Of a stretch of DNA of 64,000 nucleotides, positions 12,801-28,220 are shown piece by piece; position 1 is the first letter of the stretch; the number at the start of each line of letters is the position of its first letter. The DNA comes from Eledone cirrhosa (Eukaryota), in contig OZ024760.1 of assembly GCA_964016885.1 (NCBI GenBank), positions 32,922,001 through 32,986,000 of the forward strand, written 5' to 3'. The notes under the pieces were generated by a model. It did no database searches. It had not been told where the DNA came from and saw only the letters and a list, made by a program, of their open reading frames with translations. A program made the position numbers and the translations under genes.

Positions 12801-15800
12801 ACTCACAGACTGGTCATTTGACAAACAGACTGGTCATCTGACCAACAGACTGGTCATCTGACCAACAGACTGGTCATCTGACCCACAGACTGGTCATGTG
12901 ACCCACAGACTGGTCATCTCACCAACAGACTGGTCATCTCACCAACAGACTGGTCATCTGACCAACAGATTGTTCTTCTGACCAACAGACTGGTCATCTC
13001 ACCAACAGACTGGTCATCTCACCAACAGATTGGTCATCTGACCAACAGACTGGTCATCTCACCAACAGACTGGACCTCTGACTCACAGACTGGTCATCCG
13101 ACCAACAGATTGGTCATCTGACCAACAGACTGGTCGTCTGACCAACAGACTGGTCATCTGACCAACAGACTGGTCATCTGACCCACAGACTGGTCATCTG
13201 TCCAACAGATTGGTCATCTCACCAACAGACTGGTCATCCGACCAACAGACTGTTCATCTGACCAACAGACTAGTCACCTGACCAACAGACTGGTCATCTG
13301 ACCAACAGACTGGTCATCTCACCCACAGACTGGTCATCTCACCAACAGATTTGTCATCTCACAAACAGACGTGTCATTTGTCTAACAGACTGGTCATCTG
13401 ACCAACAGACTGGTCATCTGACGAACAGACTGGTCATCTCACCAACAGACTGGTCATCTGACCAACAGATTGTTCTTCTCACCAACAGACTGGTCATCGG
13501 ACACACAGACAGGTCATCTGACCAACAGACTGGTCATCTGACAAACAGACTGGTCATCTGACCAACAGACTGGTCATCTGACCAACAGACTGGTTATCTG
13601 ACGAACAGACTGGTCATCTCACCAACAGAATGGTCATCTGACCAACAGACTGGTCATCTCACCCACTGACTGGTCATCTCACCAACAGACTGGTCACCTG
13701 ACAAACAGACCGGTCATCTGACCAACAGAATAGTCATCTGACCAACACTCTGGTCATCTCACCCACTGACTTGTCATCTCACCAACAGACTCGTCATCTC
13801 ACCAACAGACTGGTTATCTGACCACCAGACTGGTCATCTGACCAACAGACTGGTCATCTGACAAACAGACTGGTCATATGACCAACAGACTGGTCATCTG
13901 ACGAACAGACTTATAATCTCACCAACAGACGGGTCATCTGACCAACAGACTGGTCATCTCACCAACAGACTGATCATCAGACCAACAAACTGTTCATCTC
14001 ACCAACAAACTGGTCATCTGACAAACAGACTGGTCATCTGACCAACAGACTGGTCATCTGACCAACAGACTGGTCTTCTCACCAACAGACTGGTCATCTC
14101 ACCAACAGAATGGTCATCTAACTAACAGACTGGTCTTCTGACCAACAGACTGGTCATTTGACCAACAGACTGTTCATCTCACCAACAGACTGGTCATCTG
14201 ACGAACAGTCTGGTCATCTCACCAACAGACTGGTCATCTCACCAACAGACTGGTCATCTGACTAACAGACTGGTCGTCTGACCAACAGACTGGTCACCTG
14301 ACCAACCGACTGGTCATCTGACGAACAGACTGGTCATCTGAAAAAGAGACTGGACATCTCACCAACAGACTGGTCATCTCACCAACAGACTGGTCATCTA
14401 ACTAACAGACTGGTCTTCTGACCAACAGTCTGGTCATTTGACCAACAGACTGTTCATCTCACCAACAGACTGGAAATCTGACCCACAGACTGGTCATCTC
14501 ACCAACAGATTGGTCATCTGAACAACAGATTGGTCATCTCACCAACAGACTGGACATCTGACTCACAGACTGGTCATCTCACCAACAGATTGGTCATCTG
14601 ACCAACAGAGTGGTCATCTGACCGACAGACTGGTCTTCTGACTAACATACCGGTCATCTGACCAACAGAGTGCTCATCTCACCAACAGACTGGTCATCTG
14701 ACCAACAGACTGGACATCTGACCCACAGACTGGTCATCTGACCAACAGACTAGTCATTTGACCAACAGACTGGTCTTCTGACTCCCAGACTGGTCATCTG
14801 ACCAACAGACTGGTCATCTGACCAACAGACTGGTCTTCTGACTAACAGACTGGTCATCTGACCAACAGAGTGCTCATCTCACCAACAGATTGGTCATCTG
14901 ACCAACAGACTGGACATCTGACCCACAGACTGGTCACCTGACAAACAGACCGGTCATCTGACCAACAGAATAGTCATCTGACCAACAGTCTGGTCATCTC
15001 ACCCACTGACTGGTCATCTCACCAACAGACTCGTCATCTCACCAACAGACTGGTTATCTGACCAACAGACTGGTCATCTGACCAACAGACTGGTCATCTC
15101 ACCAACAGACTGGACATCTGACCCACAGACTGGTCATCTCACCAACAGATTGATCATCTGACCAACAGACGGGTCATCTGACCAACAGACTGGTCATCTC
15201 ACCAACAGACTGATCATCAGACCAACAAACTGTTCATCTCACCAACAAACTGGTGATCTGACAAACAGACTGGTCATCTGACCAACAGACTGGTCATCTG
15301 ACCAACAGACTGGTCTTCTCACCAACAGACTGGTCATCTCACCAACAGACTGATCATCAGACCAACAAACTGTTCATCTCACCAACAGACTGGTCATCGA
15401 ACGAACAGACTGGTCATCTGACCCACAGACTGGTCATCTGACCAACAGACTGGTCATCTGACGAACAGACTGGTCATCTCACCAACAGACTGGTCATCTC
15501 ACCAACAGACTGGTCATCTGATTAACAGACTGGTCATCTGACCAACAGACTGGTCATCTGACCCACAGACTGGTCATCTGACCAACAGACTGGTCATCTG
15601 ACGAACAGTCTGGTCATCTCACCAACAGACTGGTCATCTCACCAACAGACTGGTCATCTGACTAACAGACTGGTCGTCTGACCAACAGATTGGTCACCTG
15701 ACCAACCGACTGGTCATCTGACGAACAGACTGGTCATCTGAAAAAGAGACTGGTCATCTCACCAACAGACTGGTCATCTCACCAACAGACTGGTCATCTA

Positions 15801-18800
15801 ACTAACAGACTGGTCTTCTGACCAACAGACTGGTCATATGACCAACAGACTGTTCATCTCACCAACAGACTGGAAATCTGACCCACAGACTGGTCATCTC
15901 ACCAACAGACTGGTCATCTGACCAACAGACTGGTCAGCTGACCAACAGATTGGTCATATCACCAACAGACTGGTCATCTGATCAACAGACTGGTCATCTG
16001 ACAAACAGACTGGTCATCTGACCAACAGACTGGTCAACTGACCAACAGACTGGTCATCTCACCCACAGACTGGTCATCTCACCAACAGACTTGTCATCTC
16101 ACCAACAGACTGGTCATCTGACCAACAGACTGGTCATCTGACCAACAGACTGGTCATCTGACAAACAGACTGGTCATCTGACCAACAGCCTGGTCATCTG
16201 ACTAACAGACTGGTCATCTGACCAACAGACTTGTCATCTGACCAACAGACTGGTCATCTGACCAACAGAATGGTCATCTGACTCACAGACTGGTCATTTG
16301 ACAAACAGACTGGTCATCTGACAAACAGACTGGTCATCTGACCAACAGACTGGTCATCTGACCAACAGACTGGTCATCTGACCAACAGACTGGTCATCTG
16401 ACCCACAGACTGGTCATCTGACCCAGAGACTGGTCATCTCAACAACAGACTGATCATCTCACCAACAGACTGGTCATCTGACCAACAGACTGGTCTTCTG
16501 ACCAACAGACTGGTCATCTCACCAACAGACTGGTCTTCTGACCAACAGACTGGTCATCTCACCCACAGACTGGTCATCTCACCAACAGACTTGTCATCTC
16601 ACCAACAGACTGGTCATCTGACGAACAGACTGGCCACCTGACCAACAGACTGGTCATCTGACCAACAGACTGGTCATCTGACCAACAGACTGGTCCTCTG
16701 ACAAACAGACTGGTCATCTAACCAACAGACTGGTCATATCACCAACAGACTGGTCATCTGATCAAAAGACTGGTCATCTGACAAACAGACTGGTCATCTG
16801 ACCAACAGCCTGGTCATCTCACCAACAGACTGGTCAGCTGACCAACAGACTGGTCACCTGACCAACAGACTGGTCATCTGACCAACAGACTGGTCATCTG
16901 ACCAACAGACTGGTCCTCTGACAAAGAGACTGGTCATCTAACCAACAGACTGGTCATATCACCAACAGACTGGTCATCTGATCAAAAGACTGGTCATCTG
17001 ACAAACAGACTGGTCATCTGACCAACAGCCTGGTCATCTCACCAACAGACTGGTCATCTGATCAACAGACTGGTCATCTGACCAACAGACTGGTCATCTG
17101 ACCAACAGACTGGTCATCTGACAAACAGACTGGTCATATGACCAACAGACTGGTCATCTGACGAACAGACTTATAATCTCACCAACAGACGGGTCATCTG
17201 ACAAACAGACTGGTCATCTGACCAACAGACTGGTCATCTGACCAACAGACTGGTCTTCTCACCAACAGACTGGTCATCTCACCAACAGACTGATCATCAA
17301 ACCAACAAACTGTTCATCTCACCAACAGACTGGTCATCTAACGAACAGACTGGTCATCTGACCCACAGACTGGTCATCTGACCAACAGACTGGTCATCTG
17401 ACGAACAGACTGGTCATCTGACGAACAGTCTGGTCATCTCACCAACAGACTGGTCATCTCACCAACAGACTGGTCATCTGACTAACAGACTGGTCGTCTG
17501 ACCAACAGACTGGTCACCTGACCAACCGACTGGTCATCTGACGAACAGACTGGTCATCTGAAAAAGAGACTGGACATCTCACCAACAGACTGGTCATCTC
17601 ACCAACAGACTGGTCATCTAACTAACAGACTGGTCTTCTGACCAACAGACTGGTCATTTGACCAACAGACTGTTCATCTCACCAACAGACTGGAAATCTG
17701 ACCCACAGACTGGTCATCTCACCAACAGATTGGTCATCTGAACAACAGATTGGTCATCTCACCAACAGACTGGACATCTGATTCACAGACTGGTAATCTC
17801 ACCAACAGATTGGTCATCTGACCAACAGAGTGGTCATCTGACCGACAGACTGTTCTTCTGACTAACAGACTGGTCATCTGACCAACAGAGTGCTCATCTC
17901 ACCAACAGACTGGTCATCTGACCAACAGACTGGACATCTGACCCACAGACTGGTCATCTGACCAACAGACTAGTCATTTGACCAACAGACTGGTCTTCTG
18001 ACTCCCAGACTGGTCATCTGACCAACAGACTGGTCATCTGACCAACAGACTGGTCTTCTGACTAACAGACTGGTCATCTGACCAACAGAGTGCTCATCTC
18101 ACCAACAGACTGGTCAACTGACCAACAGACTGGACATCTGACCCACAGACTGGTCACCTGACAAACAGACCGGTCATCTGACCAACAGAATAGTCATCTG
18201 ACCAACAGTCTGGTCATCTCACCCACTGACTGGTCATCTCACCAACAGACTCGTCATCTCACCAACAGACTGGTTATCTGACCAACAGACTGGTCATCTG
18301 ACCAACAGACTGGTCATCTCACCAACAGACTGGACATCTGACCCACAGACTGGTCATCTCACCAACAGATTGATCATCTGAGCAACAGACTGGTCATCTG
18401 ACCAAGAGACTGGTCTTCTCACCAACAGACTGGTCTTCTGACAAACACACTGGTCATCTGACCCACAGACTGGTCATCTGACCCACAGACTGGTCATCTC
18501 ACCAACAGACTGGTCACCTGACAAACAGACCGGTCATCTGACCAACAGAATAGTCATCTGACCAACAGTCTGGTCATCTCACCCACTGACTGGTCATCTC
18601 ACCAACAGACTGGTCATCTCACCAACAGATTGGTCATCTGACCAACAGACTGGTCTTCTGACCAACAGACTGGTCATCTCACCAACAGACTCGTCATCTC
18701 ACCAACAGACTGGTCGTCTGACCAACAGACTGGTCATCTGACAAATAGACTGGTCATCTGACCAACAGACTGGTCATCTGACCAACAGACTGGTCATCTC

Positions 18801-21800
18801 ACCCACACACTGGTCATCTGACCAACAGACTGGACTTCTGACCAACAGATTGGTCATCTCACCAAAAGACTGGTCATCTGACCAACAGACTGGTCATCTG
18901 ACAAACAGACTGGTCATCTGACCAACAGACTGGTCTTCTGACCAACAGACTGGTCATCTCACCAACAGACTGGTCATCTGACGAACAGACTGGTCATCTC
19001 ACCCACACACTGGTCATGTGACCAACAGACTGGACTTCTGACCAACAGATTGGTCATCTCACCAACAGACTGGTCATCTGATCAACAAACTGGTCATCGG
19101 ACAAACAGACTGGTCATCTCACCAACAGACTGGACCTCTGACCCACAGACTGGTCATCCGACCAACAGATTGGTCATCTGACCAACAGACTGGTCATCTG
19201 ACCAACAGACTGGTCATCTGACCAACAGACTGGTCATCTGACCTACAGACTGGTCATCTGTCCAACAGATTGGTCATCTCACCAACAGACTGGTCATCCG
19301 ACCAACAGACTGTTCATCTGACCAACAGACTAATCACCTGACCAACAGACTGGTCATCTGACCAACAGACTGGTCATCTCACCCACAGACTGGTCATCTC
19401 ACCAACAGACTTGTCATCTCACAAACAGACGTGTCATTTGTCTAACAGACTGGTCATCTGACCAACAGACTTGTCATCTGACTAACAGACTGGTCATCTC
19501 ACCAACAGACTGGTCATCTGACCAACAGATTGTTCTTCTCACCAACAGACTGGTCATCGGACACACAGACAGGTCATCTGACCAACAGACTGGTCATCTG
19601 ACAAACAGACTGGTCATGTGACCAACAGACTGGTCATCTGACCAACAGACTGGTCATCTGACCAACAGACTGGTCATCTCACCAACAGAATGGTCATCTG
19701 ACCAACAGACTGGTCATCTCACCCACTGACTGGTCATCGCACCAACAGACTGGTCACCTGACAAACAGACCGGTCATCTGACCAACAAAATAGTCATCTG
19801 ACCAACACTCTGGTCATCTCACCCACTGACTGGTCATCTCACCAACAGACTCGTCATCTCACCAACAGACTGGTTATCTGACCAACAGACTGGTCATCTG
19901 ACCAACAGACTGGTCATCTGACAAACAGACTGGTCATATGACCAACAGACTGGTCATCTGACGAACAGACTTATAATCTCACCAACAGACTGGTCATCTG
20001 ACCAACAGACGGGTCATCTGACCAACAGACTGGTCATCTCACCAACAGACTGATCATCAGACCAACAAACTGTTCATCTCACCAACAAACTGGTAATCTG
20101 ACAAACAGACTGGTCATCTGACCAACAGACTGGTCATCTGACCAACAGACTGGTCTTCTCACCAACAGACTGGTCATCTCACCAACAGACTGATCATCAG
20201 ACCAACAAACTGTTCATCTCACCAACAGACTGGTCATCGAACGAACAGACTGGTCATCTGACCCACAGACTGGTCATCTGACCAACAGACTGGTCATCTG
20301 ACGAACAGACTGGTCATCTCACCAACAGACTGGTCATCTCACCAACAGACTGGTCATCTGATTAACAGACTGGTCATCTGACCAACAGACTGGTCATCTG
20401 ACCCACAGACTGGTCATCTGACCAACAGACTGGTCATCTGACGAACAGACTGGTCATCTCACCAACAGACTGGTCATCTGACTAACAGACTGGTCGTCTG
20501 ACCAACAGATTGGTCACCTGACCAACCGACTGGTCATCTGACGAACAGACTGGTCATCTGAAAAAGAGACTGGTCATCTCACCAACAGACTGGTCATCTC
20601 ACCAACAGACTGGTCATCTAACTAACAGACTGGTCTTCTGACCAACAGACTGGTCATTTGACCAACAGACTGTTCATCTCACCAACAGACTGGAAATCTG
20701 ACCCACAGACTGGTCATCTCACCAACAGACTGGTCATCTGACCAACAGACTGGTCAGCTGACGAACAGACTGGTCATCTCACCAACAGATTGGTCATATC
20801 ACCAACAGACTGGTCATCTGATCAACAGACTGGTCATCTGACAAACAGACTGGTCATCTGACCAACAGACTGGTCAACTGACCAACAGACTGGTCATCTC
20901 ACCCACAGACTGGTCATCTCACCAACAGACTTGTCATCTCACCAACAGACTGGTCATCTGACCCACAGACTGGTCATCTGACCAACAGACTGGTCATCTG
21001 ACAAACAGACTGGTCATCTGACCAACAGCCTGGTCATCTGACTAACAGACTGGTCATCTGACCAACAGACTTGTCATCTGACCAACAGACTGGTCATCTG
21101 ACCAACAGAATGGTCATCTGACTCACAGACTGGTCATTTGACAAACAGACTGGTCATCTGACAAACAGACTGGTCATCTGACCAACAGACTGGTCATCTG
21201 ACCAACAGACTGGTCATCTGACCAACAGACTGGTCATCTGACCCACAGACTGGTCATCTGACCCAGAGAGTGGTCATCTCAACAACAGACTGGTCATCTC
21301 ACCAACAGACTGGTCATCTGACCAACAGACTGGTCTTCTGACCAACAGGCTGGTCATCTCACCAACAGACTGGTCTTCTGACCAACAGACTGGTCATCTC
21401 ACCGACAGACTGGTCATCTCACCAACAGACTTGTCATCTCACCAACAGACTGGTCATCTGACGAACAGACTGGTCACCTGACCAACAGACTGGTCATCTG
21501 ACCAACAGACTGGTCATCTGACCAACAGACTGGTCCTCTGACAAACAGACTGGTCATCTAACCAACAGACTGGTCATATCACCAACAGACTGGTCATCTG
21601 ATCAAAAGACTGGTCATCTGACAAACAGACTGGTCATCTGACCAACAGCCTGGTCATCTCACCAACAGACTGGTCAGCTGACCAACAGACTGGTCTTCTG
21701 ACCAACAGACTGGTCATCTCACCAACAGACTGGTCATCTCACCAACAGATTGGTCATCTGACCAACAGACTGGTCATCTCACCAACAGACTAGTCATCTC

Positions 21801-24800
21801 ACCAACAGACTGTACATCTGACCCCCAGACTGGTCCTCTGACCAACAGACTGGTCATCTGACCAACAGACTGGTCATCTGACCTACAGACTGGTCCCCTG
21901 ACCAACAGATTGGTCATCTCACCAACAGACTGGTCATCTGACCAACAGACTTGTCATCTCACCAACAGACTTGTCATCTGACCAACAGACAGGTCATCTG
22001 ACCAACAGACTGGTCATCTGACAAACAGACTGGTCATCTGACCAACAGACTGCTCATCTGACCAACAGATTGGTCATCTGACCAACAGACTGGTCATCTG
22101 ACTCACAGACTGGTCATTTGACAAACAGACTGGTCATCTGACCAACAGACTGGTCATCTGACCAACAGACTGGTCATCTGACCCACAGACTGGTCATGTG
22201 ACCCACAGACTGGTCATCTCACCAACAGACTGGTCATCTCACCAACAGACTGGTCATCTGACCAACAGATTGTTCTTCTGACCAACAGACTGGTCATCTC
22301 ACCAACAGACTGGTCATCTCACCAACAGATTGGTCATCTGACCAACAGACTGGTCATCTCACCAACAGACTGGACCTCTGACTCACAGACTGGTCATCCG
22401 ACCAACAGATTGGTCATCTGACCAACAGACTGGTCGTCTGACCAACAGACTGGTCATCTGACCAACAGACTGGTCATCTGACCCACAGACTGGTCATCTG
22501 TCCAACAGATTGGTCATCTCACCAACAGACTGGTCATCCGACCAACAGACTGTTCATCTGACCAACAGACTAGTCACCTGACCAACAGACTGGTCATCTG
22601 ACCAACAGACTGGTCATCTCACCCACAGACTGGTCATCTCACCAACAGACTTGTCATCTCACAAACAGACGTGTCATTTGTCTAACAGACTGGTCATCTG
22701 ACCAACAGACTGGTCATCTGACGAACAGACTGGTCATCTCACCAACAGACTGGTCATCTGACCAACAGATTGTTCTTCTCACCAACAGACTGGTCATCGG
22801 ACACACAGACAGGTCATCTGACCAACAGACTGGTCATCTGACAAACAGACTGGTCATCTGACCAACAGACTGGTCATCTGACCAACAGACTGGTTATCTG
22901 ACGAACAGACTGGTCATCTCACCAACAGAATGGTCATCTGACCAACAGACTGGTCATCTCACCCACTGACTGGTCATCTCACCAACAGACTGGTCACCTG
23001 ACAAACAGACCGGTCATCTGACCAACAGAATAGTCATCTGACCAACACTCTGGTCATCTCACCCACTGACTTGTCATCTCACCAACAGACTCGTCATCTC
23101 ACCAACAGACTGGTTATCTGACCACCAGACTGGTCATCTGACCAACAGACTGGTCATCTGACAAACAGACTGGTCATATGACCAACAGACTGGTCATCTG
23201 ACGAACAGACTTATAATCTCACCAACAGACGGGTCATCTGACCAACAGACTGGTCATCTCACCAACAGACTGATCATCAGACCAACAAACTGTTCATCTC
23301 ACCAACAAACTGGTCATCTGACAAACAGACTGGTCATCTGACCAACAGACTGGTCATCTGACCAACAGACTGGTCTTCTCACCAACAGACTGGTCATCTC
23401 ACCAACAGACTGGTCATCTAACTAACAGACTGGTCTTCTGACCAACAGACTGGTCATTTGACCAACAGACTGTTCATCTCACCAACAGACTGGTCATCTG
23501 ACGAACAGTCTGGTCATCTCACCAACAGACTGGTCATCTCACCAACAGACTGGTCATCTGACTAACAGACTGGTCGTCTGACCAACAGACTGGTCACCTG
23601 ACCAACCGACTGGTCATCTGACGAACAGACTGGTCATCTGAAAAAGAGACTGGACATCTCACCAACAGACTGGTCATCTCACCAACAGACTGGTCATCTA
23701 ACTAACAGACTGGTCTTCTGACCAACAGACTGGTCATTTGACCAACAGACTGTTCATCTCACCAACAGACTGGAAATCTGACCCACAGACTGGTCATCTC
23801 ACCAACAGATTGGTCATCTGAACAACAGATTGGTCATCTCACCAACAGACTGGACATCTGACTCACAGACTGGTCATCTCACCAACAGATTGGTCATCTG
23901 ACCAACAGAGTGGTCATCTGACCGACAGACTGGTCTTCTGACTAACATACTGGTCATCTGACCAACAGAGTGCTCATCTCACCAACAGATTGGTCATCTG
24001 ACCAACAGACTGGACATCTGACCCACAGACTGGTCACCTGACAAACAGACCGGTCATCTGACCAACAGAATAGTCATCTGACCAACAGTCTGGTCATCTC
24101 ACCCACTGACTGGTCATCTCACCAACAGACTCGTCATCTCACCAACAGACTGGTTATCTGACCAACAGACTGGTCATCTGACCAACAGACTGGTCATCTC
24201 ACCAACAGACTGGACATCTGACCCACAGACTGGTCATCTCACCAACAGATTGATCATCTGACCAACAGACGGGTCATCTGACCAACAGACTGGTCATCTC
24301 ACCAACAGACTGATCATCAGACCAACAAACTGTTCATCTCACCAACAAACTGGTGATCTGACAAACAGACTGGTCATCTGACCAACAGACTGGTCATCTG
24401 ACCAACAGACTGGTCTTCTCACCAACAGACTGGTCATCTCACCAACAGACTGATCATCAGACCAACAAACTGTTCATCTCACCAACAGACTGGTCATCGA
24501 ACGAACAGACTGGTCATCTGACCCACAGACTGGTCATCTGACCAACAGACTGGTCATCTGACGAACAGACTGGTCATCTCACCAACAGACTGGTCATCTC
24601 ACCAACAGACTGGTCATCTGATTAACAGACTGGTCATCTGACCAACAGACTGGTCATCTGACCCACAGACTGGTCATCTGACCAACAGACTGGTCATCTG
24701 ACGAACAGTCTGGTCATCTCACCAACAGACTGGTCATCTCACCAACAGACTGGTCATCTGACTAACAGACTGGTCGTCTGACCAACAGATTGGTCACCTG

Positions 24801-27800
24801 ACCAACCGACTGGTCATCTGACGAACAGACTGGTCATCTGAAAAAGAGTCTGGTCATCTCACCAACAGACTGGTCATCTCACCAACAGACTGGTCATCTA
24901 ACTAACAGACTGGTCTTCTGACCAACAGACTGGTCATATGACCAACAGACTGTTCATCTCACCAACAGACTGGAAATCTGACCCACAGACTGGTCATCTC
25001 ACCAACAGACTGGTCATCTGACCAACAGACTGGTCAGCTGACCAACAGATTGGTCATATCACCAACAGACTGGTCATCTGATCAACAGACTGGTCATCTG
25101 ACAAACAGACTGGTCATCTGACCAACAGACTGGTCAACTGACCAACAGACTGGTCATCTCACCCACAGACTGGTCATCTCACCAACAGACTTGTCATCTC
25201 ACCAACAGACTGGTCATCTGACCAACAGACTGGTCATCTGACCAACAGACTGGTCATCTGACAAACAGACTGGTCATCTGACCAACAGCCTGGTCATCTG
25301 ACTAACAGACTGGTCATCTGACCAACAGACTTGTCATCTGACCAACAGACTGGTCATCTGACCAACAGAATGGTCATCTGACTCACAGACTGGTCATTTG
25401 ACAAACAGACTGGTCATCTGACAAACAGACTGGTCATCTGACCAACAGACTGGTCATCTGACCAACAGACTGGTCATCTGACCAACAGACTGGTCATCTG
25501 ACCCACAGACTGGTCATCTGACCCAGAGACTGGTCATCTCAACAACAGACTGGTCATCTCACCAACAGACTGGTCATCTGACCAACAGACTGGTCTTCTG
25601 ACCAACAGACTGGTCATCTCACCAACAGACTGGTCTTCTGACCAACAGACTGGTCATCTCACCCACAGACTGGTCATCTCACCAACAGACTTGTCATCTC
25701 ACCAACAGACTGGTCATCTGACGAACAGACTGGCCACCTGACCAACAGACTGGTCATCTGACCAACAGACTGGTCATCTGACCAACAGACTGGTCCTCTG
25801 ACAAACAGACTGGTCATCTAACCAACAGACTGGTCATATCACCAACAGACTGGTCATCTGATCAAAAGACTGGTCATCTGACAAACAGACTGGTCATCTG
25901 ACCAACAGCCTGGTCATCTCACCAACAGACTGGTCAGCTGACCAACAGACTGGTCACCTGACCAACAGACTGGTCATCTGACCAACAGACTGGTCATCTG
26001 ACCAACAGACTGGTCCTCTGACAAAGAGACTGGTCATCTAACCAACAGACTGGTCATATCACCAACAGACTGGTCATCTGATCAAAAGACTGGTCATCTG
26101 ACAAACAGACTGGTCATCTGACCAACAGCCTGGTCATCTCACCAACAGACTGGTCATCTGATCAACAGACTGGTCATCTGACCAACAGACTGGTCATCTG
26201 ACCAACAGACTGGTCATCTGACAAACAGACTGGTCATATGACCAACAGACTGGTCATCTGACGAACAGACTTATAATCTCACCAACAGACGGGTCATCTG
26301 ACAAACAGACTGGTCATCTGACCAACAGACTGGTCATCTGACCAACAGACTGGTCTTCTCACCAACAGACTGGTCATCTCACCAACAGACTGATCATCAA
26401 ACCAACAAACTGTTCATCTCACCAACAGACTGGTCATCTAACGAACAGACTGGTCATCTGACCAACAGACTGGTCATCTGACCAACAGACTGGTCATCTG
26501 ACGAACAGACTGGTCATCTGACGAACAGTCTGGTCATCTCACCAACAGACTGGTCATCTCACCAACAGACTGGTCATCTGACTAACAGACTGGTCGTCTG
26601 ACCAACAGACTGGTCACCTGACCAACCGACTGGTCATCTGACGAACAGACTGGTCATCTGAAAAAGAGACTGGACATCTCACCAACAGACTGGTCATCTC
26701 ACCAACAGACTGGTCATCTAACTAACAGACTGGTCTTCTGACCAACAGACTGGTCATTTGACCAACAGACTGTTCATCTCACCAACAGACTGGAAATCTG
26801 ACCCACAGACTGGTCATCTCACCAACAGATTGGTCATCTGAACAACAGATTGGTCATCTCACCAACAGACTGGACATCTGATTCACAGACTGGTAATCTC
26901 ACCAACAGATTGGTCATCTGACCAACAGAGTGGTCATCTGACCGACAGACTGGTCTTCTGACTAACAGACTGGTCATCTGACCAACAGAGTGCTCATCTC
27001 ACCAACAGACTGGTCATCTGACCAACAGACTGGACATCTGACCCACAGACTGGTCATCTGACCAACAGACTAGTCATTTGACCAACAGACTGGTCTTCTG
27101 ACTCCCAGACTGGTCATCTGACCAACAGACTGGTCATCTGACCAACAGACTGGTCTTCTGACTAACAGACTGGTCATCTGACCAACAGAGTGCTCATCTC
27201 ACCAACAGACTGGTCATCTGACCAACAGACTGGACATCTGACCCACAGACTGGTCACCTGACAAACAGACCGGTCATCTGACCAACAGAATAGTCATCTG
27301 ACCAACAGTCTGGTCATCTCACCCACTGACTGGTCATCTCACCAACAGACTCGTCATCTCACCAACAGACTGGTTATCTGACCAACAGACTGGTCATCTG
27401 ACCAACAGACTGGTCATCTCACCAACAGACTGGACATCTGACCCACAGACTGGTCATCTCACCAACAGATTGATCATCTGAGCAACAGACTGGTCATCTG
27501 ACCAAGAGACTGGTCTTCTCACCAACAGACTGGTCTTCTGACAAACACACTGGTCATCTGACCCACAGACTGGTCATCTGACCCACAGACTGGTCATCTC
27601 ACCAACAGACTGGTCACCTGACAAACAGACCGGTCATCTGACCAACAGAATAGTCATCTGACCAACAGTCTGGTCATCTCACCCACTGACTGGTCATCTC
27701 ACCAACAGACTGGTCATCTCACCAACAGATTGGTCATCTGACCAACAGACTGGTCTTCTGACCAACAGACTGGTCATCTCACCAACAGACTCGTCATCTC

Positions 27801-28220
27801 ACCAACAGACTGGTCGTCTGACCAACAGACTGGTCATCTGACAAATAGACTGGTCATCTGACCAACAGACTGGTCATCTGACCAACAGACTGGTCATCTC
27901 ACCCACACACTGGTCATCTGACCAACAGACTGGACTTCTGACCAACAGATTGGTCATCTCACCAAAAGACTGGTCATCTGACCAACAGACTGGTCATCTG
28001 ACAAACAGACTGGTCATCTGACCAACAGACTGGTCTTCTGACCAACAGACTGGTCATCTCACCAACAGACTGGTCATCTGACGAACAGACTGGTCATCTC
28101 ACCCACACACTGGTCATCTGACCAACAGACTGGACTTCTGACCAACAGATTGGTCATCTCACCAACAGACTGGTCATCTGATCAACAAACTGGTCATCGG
28201 ACAAACAGACTGGTCATCTG
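9821..28220. repeat. ~9.1-9.3-kb tandem segmental duplication (copy A ~9821-19120, copy B ~19101-28220)
   Basis: Colinear rare variants: gtgtcatttg 10151/19431 (offset 9280); acccagagag 11961/21261, accaacaggc 12041/21341 and tggtcccctg 12591/21891 (9300); tggtgatctg 15251/24351, tggccacctg 16631/25731, acaaatagac 18741/27841 and atcaacaaac-tggtcatcgg 19081/28181 (9100). Confidence 0.93.
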
